DNA of 60,027 nucleotides, the filler included, from Hausera hauseri (Eukaryota), in assembly GCA_046269625.1 (NCBI GenBank). It is 11 parts of 11 records of this genome, joined end to end, with 100 filler letters (N's around TTAATTAATTAA, not from the genome) between each part and the next. Parts side by side here need not be neighbours in the genome. Positions count along the whole stretch, not along the records: positions 9,716 to 13,735 come from JBJURY010814532.1; positions 13,836 to 18,239 come from JBJURY010598444.1; positions 18,340 to 28,761 come from JBJURY010189971.1; 8 more parts are not named here. One strand, 5' to 3'. This document shows positions 13,391 through 24,518 of this stretch, one piece after another; within the stretch, counting starts at the first letter, position 1; each line of letters starts with the position of its first letter. The position numbers and the translations under genes are program-made. The notes below the pieces were generated by a model. The model was not told the origin of the DNA and did not search any database. It saw only the letters and a list, made by a program, of their open reading frames with translations.

Positions 13391-13735
13391 TGTAAGGTTC
13401 CACCTTACAAAAATACTAAATAAAATCACAAATTTAAAAATTTTTTTCGTAAAATCTTATCTCAAATAACAATTCAAAATTTAAATAAACAAAATTTAAA
13501 AGATCCCAAAATACGCTAACATACAAAAAATACCAAATTTAAAAAATTAAAATTTCCAACAAAATCACGGGTTCTCTCAAAATCAAGAACAAAAAATAAA
13601 TTATCAAAATAAAATAACTTCAAAATTTAAAATCACGGAATCACAAATTACAAGTGCTGAAATAAGCAGCACTTACAAAATAAAAACAATCAAGATCTGT
13701 GGATTTAATACATTTGTTTAAATCCACAGTTCAAG
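13391..13735. repeat. Three-hairpin dispersed repeat, copy 2, preceded by purine tract GGCGGGGGAG
   Basis: Identical 19-mer TGTAAGGTTCCACCTTACA; stems at 13652-13674 and 13697-13729. Confidence 0.65.
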
Positions 13736-13835
13736 NNNNNNNNNNNNNNNNNNNNNNNNNNNNNNNNNNNNNNNNNNNNTTAATTAATTAANNNNNNNNN
13801 NNNNNNNNNNNNNNNNNNNNNNNNNNNNNNNNNNN

Positions 13836-16036
13836 GTTGTCCTAATGATAGCCGCAGGTCGTCAACCTCAATATTACGTTTTTCATGGCTGAAACTGTGT
13901 AGATGATTTCCTTCAGCAGTTGGAAACAATAGTAGAAACGGTAATCGCACCTTAGTACAGCGGAAATAGCAACAAACCTTTGATATGGGCCGATGAAGCT
14001 GAACGTCTGACCTTTGCAGTCATAGATGAATGTTATCTGTGCCACAAAATATTACCGTTTGATTCATTTCAACGGCTCGTACCGGATCACAATTATTTTG
14101 CCGGGCGATATGTAGGAGCAGCACGCAATTCGTGCAATTTTGCAAGGCATGTGAAGCCATTCCTATCGGCGATTTTTCATAATTTCCGGAGTTATAATTG
14201 CCACCATATTCTGAAATGGGCCATAAACGGTTTTCCACACTGGAAACTATCCATAATACCAACAATGATGGAGAAGTACCTATCCCTATCGGCACGCATA
14301 AACCGGTTACAAATACGGTTTTTTGACTCATTGCAGTTCCTCAGTAAGTCTCTAGGAAAGCTCGGAAATGCCTTGCCAGATGTGCCTCTAACGCTGACGC
14401 AGTTCCCTGCGCATATTGCGTGCAGAAAAGGCATATTCCCATATGACTTTACTCTTTCGTACGAGCGTCTTCAGACAACAGATGAATTTCCCCCAAAATA
14501 AACCGGAATCATAGAGGACGAGTACCACAGAGCACAGGAAGAGTGGACAGAGCTCGGCTGCAGAAACATGTTGGAGTACATGCTCCAGTACTTGAAACTG
14601 GACGCGTACTTGTTAGCCGATGTGTTTCAGATATTTCGTGCTAAGGCGTTGGTGGAAGATAGGCTGGAGCCGCTAAACTTTTACTCCATACCGAGAATGA
14701 CTTGGGCATCCGCACTAATGTCGCTGGACAGGGAAATTGAGCTGTTGCAAGACCCGAAAATGTACTGACTATTTGATGTTGGTATTTGTGGCGGCATGGC
14801 ATTTGTACACAACCATTATGTAACTAGTGATGATACCACATCAATGTTGTATATGGACATTAATAACGTGTACGACTGGGCGCTTTCGCAACCCTTGCCG
14901 TACAGTTCATTTGAATGGATAATGGACAAACAAGAACTGGATACATTGCTGGGGAGTCTGCCAGCAGCAGCAAACACGAGGAAAAGCAGCTCAGTCGGCT
15001 ATTTAATGGAAGTCGATCTTTTGGGACCAGATAAGCTGTATGGCGCTATTGAAGAATTATCCAATGTCCACCCGGCTCAAAAGTAAGGAAACTGCTCGTA
15101 ACGCATGAATCCAAGTCGAATTACGTAGTTCATTGGCGTCTACTGCAGTTTTACATGCAGCTTTGTGTACGCGTCACACAACAGTATCGTGCAATCTGCT
15201 TCAATCATGCGCCGATATTCAAGGGGTACATTGATGGAAATTCAGAAAAACGAGCCGCAATTTGTTCAGAGTTCGAAAAGGACTATTACAAGCTCAAAAG
15301 AAATTCACTAAAGGGGAAAATAGTGCAGATTCTGAAGAAGCGGCTGGTTACGTACACCAGCAAGGCTCAGTTTAGGCGATCCATGCACATTGCCGATGGA
15401 TTCGTTGCGGTACTATTAAACCGGGAAGAAGCCGTTCTGGACCGGACAAGTTACGTCGGACAAGTGGTATTGAAACTGAGCAAGTTAGAAATGTACGAGC
15501 TACAGTATCACAACGTGGCACGTTACCCGCAAATATTCGACGGCTGTGAGTAGTATCATTGCTGGTGACACAAACAGCTTTTTTCTTGAGCTGAAAAACA
15601 TAAATCAAGATCATTTGCTCAGACAAGTAATGTCAGATGGACTACTGGACACATACAACTACCCGCAGAACCATCCTTTGTAGAGCAGCGCGATAAAAAA
15701 CAAAATGAGCTGCTTCAAAGAAGAAAAATGAAGGCGGGGTTCAATACATGTAATGCATATTTTTGCGCCCAAAGTGCTACAGTCTTGTGTCGGACTGTGG
15801 GCCAAAAATGCGGGCAAAAGGCATCCAGCTAAAACAGATGGAAATAAATCACGATGATTATTGCCGTGCCTATGATGGACAAAAAGAAGAAGGAAAGGCT
15901 GTTGTGTCTCAAACGACCATACGATCGATTGAGCACCAGTTGTATACCATCACAAATAAAAAAGGTTACTTTGTCATGCAGCGATTACAAGCGAAAGTGG
16001 GTGGGGCGAAATAATAGTTGGGCGTATGGACATTAG
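13836..16036 (+). pseudogene. Protein-primed family B DNA polymerase (Polinton/adintovirus type), decayed
   Basis: CYLC...DHNY..GRYVGAA, FHNFRSY, FFDSLQFL, RKGIFPYD, YLKLDAYLLADVF, DINNVYDWAL, KAKG-like RAKG, C-terminal AYGH; many frameshifts. Confidence 0.9.
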
Positions 16037-16300
16037 CGGTTGAAGTAAAGTACATGCACAGTCAGACAGCCCAGACAAAGACAGTCAGACCAGTACAATT
16101 TATAAACTATGACACTTACTGTTATTTGATTTTGTGAATAATGTATATTTGTTCCACGATTTTATTTTATCTTTTTAATTTAGCGTACTATTATGTAAGG
16201 TATTTAATAAAAATAAAAAATTAAGAGAAAAGTAAAATCAATAATTTATTAATCATAAAAAACAAAAAGCAAGTTAAATCAAATTAAATTTGCACAATTT

Positions 16301-16740
16301 CTACATTGGAGATTTAACGCCACACAGTTCTTTGTAGATTTTTAATTTCAGCGTTAAATAGCTGTTAGCACATTCGGTTGGCAACATCACCGCTTCTGTT
16401 GTTGTTGTTGTTATTTCGTAACCACTTGAACGGATAATCTTTTTCATATTGCCCTTGCGAAAAAGAAATGATGTGTCCCGAATATCATTGGACAACACCA
16501 GATCGCTGTCCACCTTTTTCAGCGTACGTTATTTCGTGTCTAAATCACTGCCGCTGATTTTCTTTGCCAACAAACCGTATTTCATTTGAGGTTGCGTCAA
16601 TGATAATTGAATGGGCGTTTGTAGGTAGTTCAATTTGTAGCCATTGTGCAACCGAGACGGCGTGACTGAATATTGATTGTATCGTGGTAGATTTGCAGCA
16701 GCAGCAGCATTAAATTTGGATGCTTTACTAGAATTCATTG
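16301..16740 (-). pseudogene. Small unknown accessory ORF of the pPolB element
   Basis: In-frame ORF pieces 16529-16792 and 16301-16513 separated by one stop; convergent with pPolB. Confidence 0.35.
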
Positions 16741-17031
16741 TTGTTTCGTAGAGGCAGAGAAAGAGAGACGGAGTGAAATGAAATTTACTCATCTATATAT
16801 ACATGTCACGTTGGTTGAAACTGTTTCGTTTATATTACACACGTGTGCACGCTGGAAAGTGGCCAAAAGGGTTTTGTTAAAATTATGTATAAACTTAGTA
16901 AAAAGAAATGATACTAAATAAGATTAAAAATATTTCTTGACACAATTACAAATATTCATTTGTAAAATCACGCATAGCAACAACCATATGAATTTGACAA
17001 GTGCTTAAATCGTAAAATCGCTCTATAAGAG

Positions 17032-17562
17032 TCAAAAGCCGCTGTTTCGGTGCAGTCTCCAAGTGTTTGATTGATTAATTGTTGTTGTTGATGTTGGTAA
17101 AAGTTCCAATAAATCAAATTTTATAATTAACGTATCGTCATTATCCGCGAAAAGTGATTGTAATTTTATTAATGGAATAAATTTCGGAAATCCATTTGCA
17201 ATTTTGAGTTTGTCTTGTGTATTCGGTTTCATGAAACATACCGAACGTAAATCCGGCTGCAGTTTGTCAGAGAAATTAATTTCGCCCCGTTTGTTCAGTA
17301 ATGACATTTGAATCACACCGCGAAACGGCTACCGCAACGAATGACCATGTTCACCTTTGACAAGTGCAAAGAAAACTGATAAATGCGTACATTTTCCGAT
17401 TCCATTACCGTCCGGATAAACTGCAATACAGAAATTGTACTACTGCAAAATGAATGAATCACTTGTTACTTCTACTACTACTGCATCACTACCCGTTTTC
17501 TGATCTGAGAAATTTTCTAATTTCCAAGTGAAGGATGAGGTAGTAGTTGTGGTGGTATTCAT
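17032..17562 (-). pseudogene. Stand-alone TRAF-type MATH (TRAF-C) domain, two premature stops
   Basis: Read-through gives FTWKLENFS...YPDGNGIGKCTHLSVFFALVKGEH..SLR*PF...IANGFPKFIPL...DDTLIIKF, the TRAF-C pattern; intronless. Confidence 0.8.
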
Positions 17563-17709
17563 AATTTTTAAAATAAATAAAAATGTCAGCTTTATTAATA
17601 TTAGTTGGTTGTTATTGGAAAACATTTGATACATGGTTGCGCAACATAATACCAGTATGATATTGAAATAATATACATAAAAGAAAAGAAACACATATAT
17701 CTACATTTA

Positions 17710-18182
17710 TTTGGATGAACCACATTCTACACAAAGCGCTAAACATTTTCTGTGGTCATAATACGGTCGTGTTCACGATACCGACATAAGATATTATCAG
17801 GTACAACCAACGCCGCCGATGTTGCATACTCCGTCATTCACAGCTTTGGAAATTGCCAGTGTATGTGTGCAAACTTTTGACTACCAATTTGACTTTTTAA
17901 CGCAAAACGTTGTAATACCAATATCAGAGCGATCACAAATGTCATTCACTATATATGTTACACAAAAGCCTGAATTGCCATTATGCCAATAAATTCCATG
18001 ACGATGTCGTATAAGAAACGCATTTGTAATTTGCGCCGTTTCCGTCTGATCTTTCCACTCACCGTATGACTTGAATATGTACACAGGCGGGTGGAACATG
18101 TCACAGATGTCCATTATGTATAATTCCTTTATTATATACCGAGCATTTTCATCTTGCAAAGCATCACTATCAATAAATCCTG
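17710..18182 (-). pseudogene. Polinton-associated small exonuclease-like ORF
   Basis: FID...YIIKELYI...RHRHGIYW..G motif and Cys/His-rich end, typical of small Polinton ORFs. Confidence 0.5.

Positions 18183-18239
<57 letters not shown>
18183..18239. repeat. (ATC)n microsatellite
   Basis: ~19 perfect units at the contig end. Confidence 0.97.
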
Positions 18240-18339
18240 NNNNNNNNNNNNNNNNNNNNNNNNNNNNNNNNNNNNNNNNNNNNTTAATTAATTAANNNNN
18301 NNNNNNNNNNNNNNNNNNNNNNNNNNNNNNNNNNNNNNN

Positions 18340-21300
18340 AATTTTGATAATAGTCGAAACAGTTTTTCTAGTAAATCAAACTATCATACAAATAAACGCC
18401 TAGATGGCCCCAAAAATTTTAATCGACAGAACGGCAGCCGAAATTACGATAATGGTCAATATGGAGACCCTAGATAGGCTACGTCGCAGCAAGGATACAA
18501 TAGAAATCCGAGTAGGTATAAATTCCCATTAAACGAAGATGGTCGACAAAAGATCGGAGGAAATGGCAACTTAATTTGTTATACATGCGGACAAGAAAAA
18601 CACATAGCAAGGTCCTGTCCAATTCCGCGAAGTGTCTCGTTTGTCAAACCTAGTAAAACTAATGTAATTAAAAATGAAAATTTGGAAGCAATTTACGGTG
18701 TCCGTAGAGACACGGGCATGATCATTGAGATACAAGACTTACGACGTTTTCTAAAGACCCAACCTGATACTACGGATCCTAAAGTTTTAGTGGCTAGAAA
18801 CGAGTACGAACATAAGTTACGACTATTAGAAGTTTATCGCGGTCTGCGCGAACCAGAAACAGAATATGAACGTTCCATTGCCCCACCAAGGCTAAGTGAC
18901 ATGGCACGGAAGAAGAACGTTCCTACAATAAACAAAAAGTTATATTAAATAGAAAAGCCTGAGACCCCAGGCAAAGCAGATTTGGATGTAGAACCCAAAT
19001 ATACTATAAAAACGGTAACTAAGGAGGCAGAGGCCGACAAAAAAGAAGAATTTCTAGAACCGCTTATACTTAAAATTACCAAGAAACGAGGCCGTAGCCC
19101 ATCATTGAGACGAAAACGCAAGGATCGTTCTAGATCTTCAATGGTAAAGGAAAAGTCAAACACAAAGAGAGAAACCGAAATCGCGTTACAAAGCAATACG
19201 GAGCGTGCCTCGAACGTTTTGGAAAATAATCTAGTTACGCCCGTCGAAATGAATGAGCCCACGAAATCTGTAAATGAGATAAATGACGTATATCTTTTAC
19301 CTTCTAGCGAAGAGGAAACAGAACAAGAGGAGAAACGCGATCCAAAAAGGTAGAAGATTAGACGCTCATGGAAATGTGCCGAAGAATTAAAAAGAATGAG
19401 GACGAATTGTCTGAATCCAGAGGTAGTACAACAGAATCTGGAGAAACTCAAGACAATGAGTGAACAAGTGGATATTTCTGGCAAGGAACAACAGTTTGTA
19501 GAGAGATTATATAAAAAGATGAAACTATATAGTGAAGGAAAACTAAGCAAAGCCATAGAATTAGATCAGCCCGAAGAAGTGTCGACGGAAACTCTAACTC
19601 AGTGGAAACGCAAATTAAAACGTTGGATCAAAAGCAAGACAAAATTTCCGGAGACATGGAATAAAACTACTCAAGACATTGAAACTAGAATCAACCAGGC
19701 TCAGTCGATCTTAGCTACATTAGAAGCCAACCCGAAATTAAAAAGAGCCGTACGTAATTTAGAGCGTGTCATGAATGAAATTAGATTTGCAATAGTCGAA
19801 CAACTTAAAGGAAAGCCGGTCGAAGAACGAGATGCAAATGACCTAGAGATGTTGGGCATAGATTCATAGATATTCCACCCTTGATGGAGATGATAAAGGT
19901 CGCTTCGACGGCCCCAACGCAATATACAAGTTTGGAAAATCGTATTACAATTGAAGCCGAAAAACAGTCGCAGATATATGGTTTAAGGAACAGAATTATG
20001 TACACTGATAACAAAGAAACTCACAAAATAATCATGGCTTGCATCCTCGAGTTTGATGAATACAAGGACGAGTTTTATTATGCCTACCGGATCATAGATT
20101 TTATTAAAGGCCCAGATGATGAGCTAGAAAATGCTCGCAAATTGTTAGACAAAGCAATCTTAGCAAAGCCAGAAATCGCTAATCAGTTGAACGAATGGTC
20201 AAAAGTAATAACAAGGTTAAGCGAATTAATAAACAGAGGGTAGAATGAATTTCCGAAGAGCGACCCTACAGTGAAAAAGCAACTAGAGGAAAATGCCCGA
20301 AATCTAGATATCATGAGAACAGAAATTGACATCCGTACCCAATTCGAGGCACTGCATCAATTAGACTTTATAGAAAAGAAACAAGAAATGATAATACTAG
20401 ACGATATATATGAGATGATCGAAGAAACAGACTTTATGCGGAAACAAAAAGCGACTTGCAATTTCTACCCGCGATTATGACGGCCAAGCCTATCGAAGAA
20501 ATATCGATCCGAGATCTTAAAACCTTGGACTTTTGTCCCAAATATCGGTCGATCGCTGAAGAAACGGTGAAATTCTTACACCAACCACAAGGATGGATGG
20601 ACGGAATGGATCAGCGATATAATACCGAACTGATTAAAGTAAAGAATGACCACCACCTTAACTTCGAAGAAATCAAGTTTGTAAAAAAATTATTAGATTC
20701 GATATATTCGGATTCAAAGAGTATTAACGACATGTACGAATTAGCAATATTGATGACAGAAATGGCAAAAATTAGTGACGAAAAACTAAGCCAATTGTTA
20801 CAACAGATACAGCAAGTCGAAGAAACTTGCATTAAGACAAAACAAAGAGCGATGAGGTTAGACGAACTAGCTAGAGAACTCGAAGTCTATAAAACAAATA
20901 CGCCCTTACGGAAGCAGAAAAAGCTGACAAGTCACAATTCATTCAAAGATGGCAAAGAAATGTCACGTCTAAACAACGAAATATCAAGAAAAGGGGTTAA
21001 TTTCATCCGAAGAATTATGTTTGTTGTTAACACTACTTCACCAAACATCCGCTAATGAGCGATGTTTCCGAACGACGAAAATGGTCCAAATTCAGGAAAA
21101 ACTACAAAAACTCAGAAAAACCACATGGACCGCAGGTGTGGACAGGCCAACTGATATACCGTCGAGGAACTATCAATTGCCAGATAATGAAAATGAACCA
21201 GATTGGGAGTCATATTTAGACGCAATGATCGCCGAGAATCCGTAAACCCCAATGCGATTGGATGAAATGGAGGTATATTCTCCGGACCAAAGTTCAACGT

Positions 21301-22010
21301 AGAAATGCTCCTGGATCCGGTACAAACCGAAAAGGATTGAATTCAATTAACTGAAGTGAACCTCACTGAAAATCAACTAAGACGTCTAGTTCCCACTTTA
21401 ACCAAACTAGCTAGCGAAGGTACGATTTCTAGTACGGTACCTAAGCTTTTACTTAAGGAATATTCTAAAATTTTAAAGGCAAAGGTAAAGGAAATGATCC
21501 CAGTAAAGATAGTATCAGACTGGATGGACGAGAAGGAACAAGAGTTCACTACGCGCTCCCTTGTAAAGGACGTATTACTGTGAAATTGAGGAATTGAACG
21601 AGCTGATGAAAGATTTGATACGAATAGTAAACCACTCTAATCTCGGTGGTGATGTAATAGATGAGAAGGAGAAGGCCATAGCGAATGCCGCAAAGGTTAT
21701 GAAAGGTCTTCGGTGTAAATTATCTAGAAGTACCTTAAGCAATGAAATGATAATCGAGAAAATTATGGTAGAAAATACCATATAAGAATTAAGAAAAGTA
21801 CTGCTATATCTGGCATTAAAACGAACCCAAATCGAGAAAATTAATTTAACAAGGCTACTAGCTTGGCAAGAAAGGCTGACAGGAAAATACCTCGAGAGGT
21901 AAACTGGTCTAAGTTATTTGAAAAAGAAGAAGAACATCAAGACAGATTCTTCTCAGGTAACAATAGATTCGAAGATCTGATACGAAATGTAACCGGAAAT
22001 CACAGAGGAA
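18340..22010 (+). pseudogene. Gag C-terminus (N/R-rich linker, CCHC knuckle) fused in frame to ~1100-codon unknown helical region X
   Basis: CYTCGQEKHIARSC is in frame with ORFs 18682, 18982 and 19396; later ORF pieces are collinear with homologues at 41292-44060. Confidence 0.75.
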
Positions 22011-22019
22011 ATTAATCGA

Positions 22020-24162
22020 ACTGGCTAATTAACTTTTTGACCATGCTGATATTAATAAGGCAGATGGGCGCAGTCACAGTATATGATTGTGACAAATTTA
22101 GACTTGGTCAAAAATATTCGCTAATACACTTGGAAATGTGCAAAGATGCGATGCCCCGCAGATTAGAAACAAAAGAGAAAAGTTACATATTGTATCAACA
22201 ACGCGAACTAGTTACCTTGGATGGAGTAGAATGTATGTTGCGGCGATCTCGCAGCATCTTCCATTGTGGACTGGTACATGGACACTCGTCAATAATTAAG
22301 CCAACAACCCCACTAATTCCGATAAATTTAGAGCGACAGCATTGTAATCAAGCTAGACAAACGGGCAGAATAAAATGGGACGGCATGGAAATGGCAATGC
22401 AGCAAGGAAAAATAATCAGAGTGTATAAAGTAGCACCAGGAAGGCTAGATATGCACACCAGACATTGTCAAGGTACAGAATACGATACCGGAAAGGGATT
22501 AGAGTCAAACGTCGTGGTAGTAGATTTTTACAAAAACGAAATGCGCATACAGAAAGTGATGTTTCATGGCGTTACTAAATTTTACACCGAGAACCACAAG
22601 TGCCACATTCAGGATGGCACATGCCCGTTTCGAAGTTCTGTAGTAATTTGGGAACCCCCAGCCAAAACCGATTGCAACTTTATCAGAATTAAAGAACTTA
22701 ATTTCGACGAGGCGACAGGAAAACAATACATAAGTAGTACAGAAACTAACTCTAAAACACGAGAAGATGTAGCCGAACAGACTACACCTACGATATTGAT
22801 TCCTGATACTTATGGATTGAAATTTGTAAAGAAAGCTATGCTCACCAGATGCGACGTCATAATGTATGCCACCAACTATGAAACATTTTTCGTAGCCCAG
22901 ACAGAAATAAACGCCAGAACGTTCAAACACGAGACTCAGGACATCCGGATTGAAGATTACTTGAAGAACAGAGATGACTACTTCTACTATAAAGGACAAG
23001 CCGAAATAGCCGAGTTGTACCACAAGATGATAACAAACGACTGCAAATTGGATTTGGAAATCATGAGAACTAAACTAGCTCTAATATACGCAAATCCCGA
23101 GTTGGCATCACCAATAATTCCAATGAAGGAGGGTGTTTTAGGACGAGTAACCGGAGAGGTTCTATTGACGTATGAGTGTGAAAAGAAATACGTACCGATT
23201 AATGTGGAAGAGAAGAGGTGCATACAAGAACTTCCAGTGATATATCAGGACGTACCGAGATTAGTAACACCAATTACCAGAGTGTTGTTGGCAAACGCCA
23301 CCCAACCAACAATTTTAAGAGACTGTAAAACCAGCTTAGGAGAGCCAACGTTTAGACGTATCGAAACCGACTGGGTAAGTTTACCGAACGGTGATATTAT
23401 CGCACCACCTAACAAACTGACAGGAACAAACTTAATAAAGGAATAACCGATGATAAATTTCAGGATACAGCCGCGAAGGGTATCTACCCACCAAAAGAAG
23501 TAGAGGTGTTCAGACAATTTCTCGCTTTTCCCCGTCAGCGCACACATGAATTAAACAGAGCAATGCATACAATATTACAGAACTCGCATTACTAAGCAAA
23601 ATTGGAGTCATTACTTGGTGTTGGCCATTACAAGAAGGTAACTACAGAAATATTATACAAAATTTGGGGAAGATTCCTGATATTCGGACAGGCCGCGTCC
23701 GGTTTTCTAGCGATATACTTCTTAATTCAACTAGTAAAAGCCATAATTCAAGCAATCATAAATGGACACGAGATATTCACCTTGACAGGATTTTCGTGTA
23801 AGATTCTAACGGTTATTATTACTTCTTTTGGCAAATTCCTAAAGGCTTATGAAGCGAGTAAATGGAAAACAGATGTGCAGCGACATATTGGCTACCATAA
23901 TCAAAAACGGAAAAGGCGTATATTCTACTACAAGCAAAAATTCATAAATGCTACGACACGAAGAAATAATTCGGATGATGAGCAGCCTAAGGGAGGAGAC
24001 GTCATCCCCAGGCGGAAGAGGCACAAAAATTACTCTGTTATGAAACTACCATTACCGATTTTGCTGCCAACGGCACCAATATATGAAGATTGCGAGAAAC
24101 AATCTATGAGCTCGTGCCAGACAAATATCTATAGGAAGCCGTTTAGTTTAGAGGATCCTTAA
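22020..24162 (+). pseudogene. Env: chuvirus-glycoprotein / gB-like (class III) fusion protein
   Basis: Hydrophobic signal then VYDC..YSL..C..LYQ..EC..RSRSIFHCG..HSS; Cys-rich ectodomain; GEVLLTYEC, CIQELPV, KGIY..FP; membrane region WGRFLIFGQAASGFLAIYFLIQLVKAIIQAIINGHEIFTLTGFS; lesions at ~23446-23600. Confidence 0.8.
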
Positions 24163-24518
24163 GTAGGAACAAAACGTTATAGGATATTGCACAAGATCCA
24201 CGAAACAGAGAGGACCTCGGTTCCCCGCCATCGATCAGCGGTCGACGACCACGGTATAATTTACTTACCTAGAATACCTAAGCCAAACGAAACCCAATCG
24301 ATATTTACTCGAAACTGTGAGGCAAGAATTTTCCGAAACCCAGATATTCAGCCGCCAGTTACAAACCCAAGAGTAGAAAACGCGAATGGAACAAATAACA
24401 AAGTATACACAGACAGTTAGTCGAGCAGTCAGTTGGAACCACTGAAGTTACCATCAACGGCCACAAAGTGTCTACGATACGAAAACCCAAGATAGCACCA
24501 AGCTATTAAGGTATATTA

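Noticed and set aside
407-13735. One large LTR element bounded by the two hairpin repeats and containing NOP58
   Set aside because: The copies lie on different contigs separated by linkers and are too diverged to be paired LTRs.
17881-18295. Poly-Met and poly-Ile ORF segments
   Set aside because: Translations of the (ATC)n microsatellite.
18945-19556. Long antisense ORFs over the env-gypsy element (also 22505-23023)
   Set aside because: Shadow frames of A-rich sense coding sequence; no motifs and no evident counterpart in the second copy.
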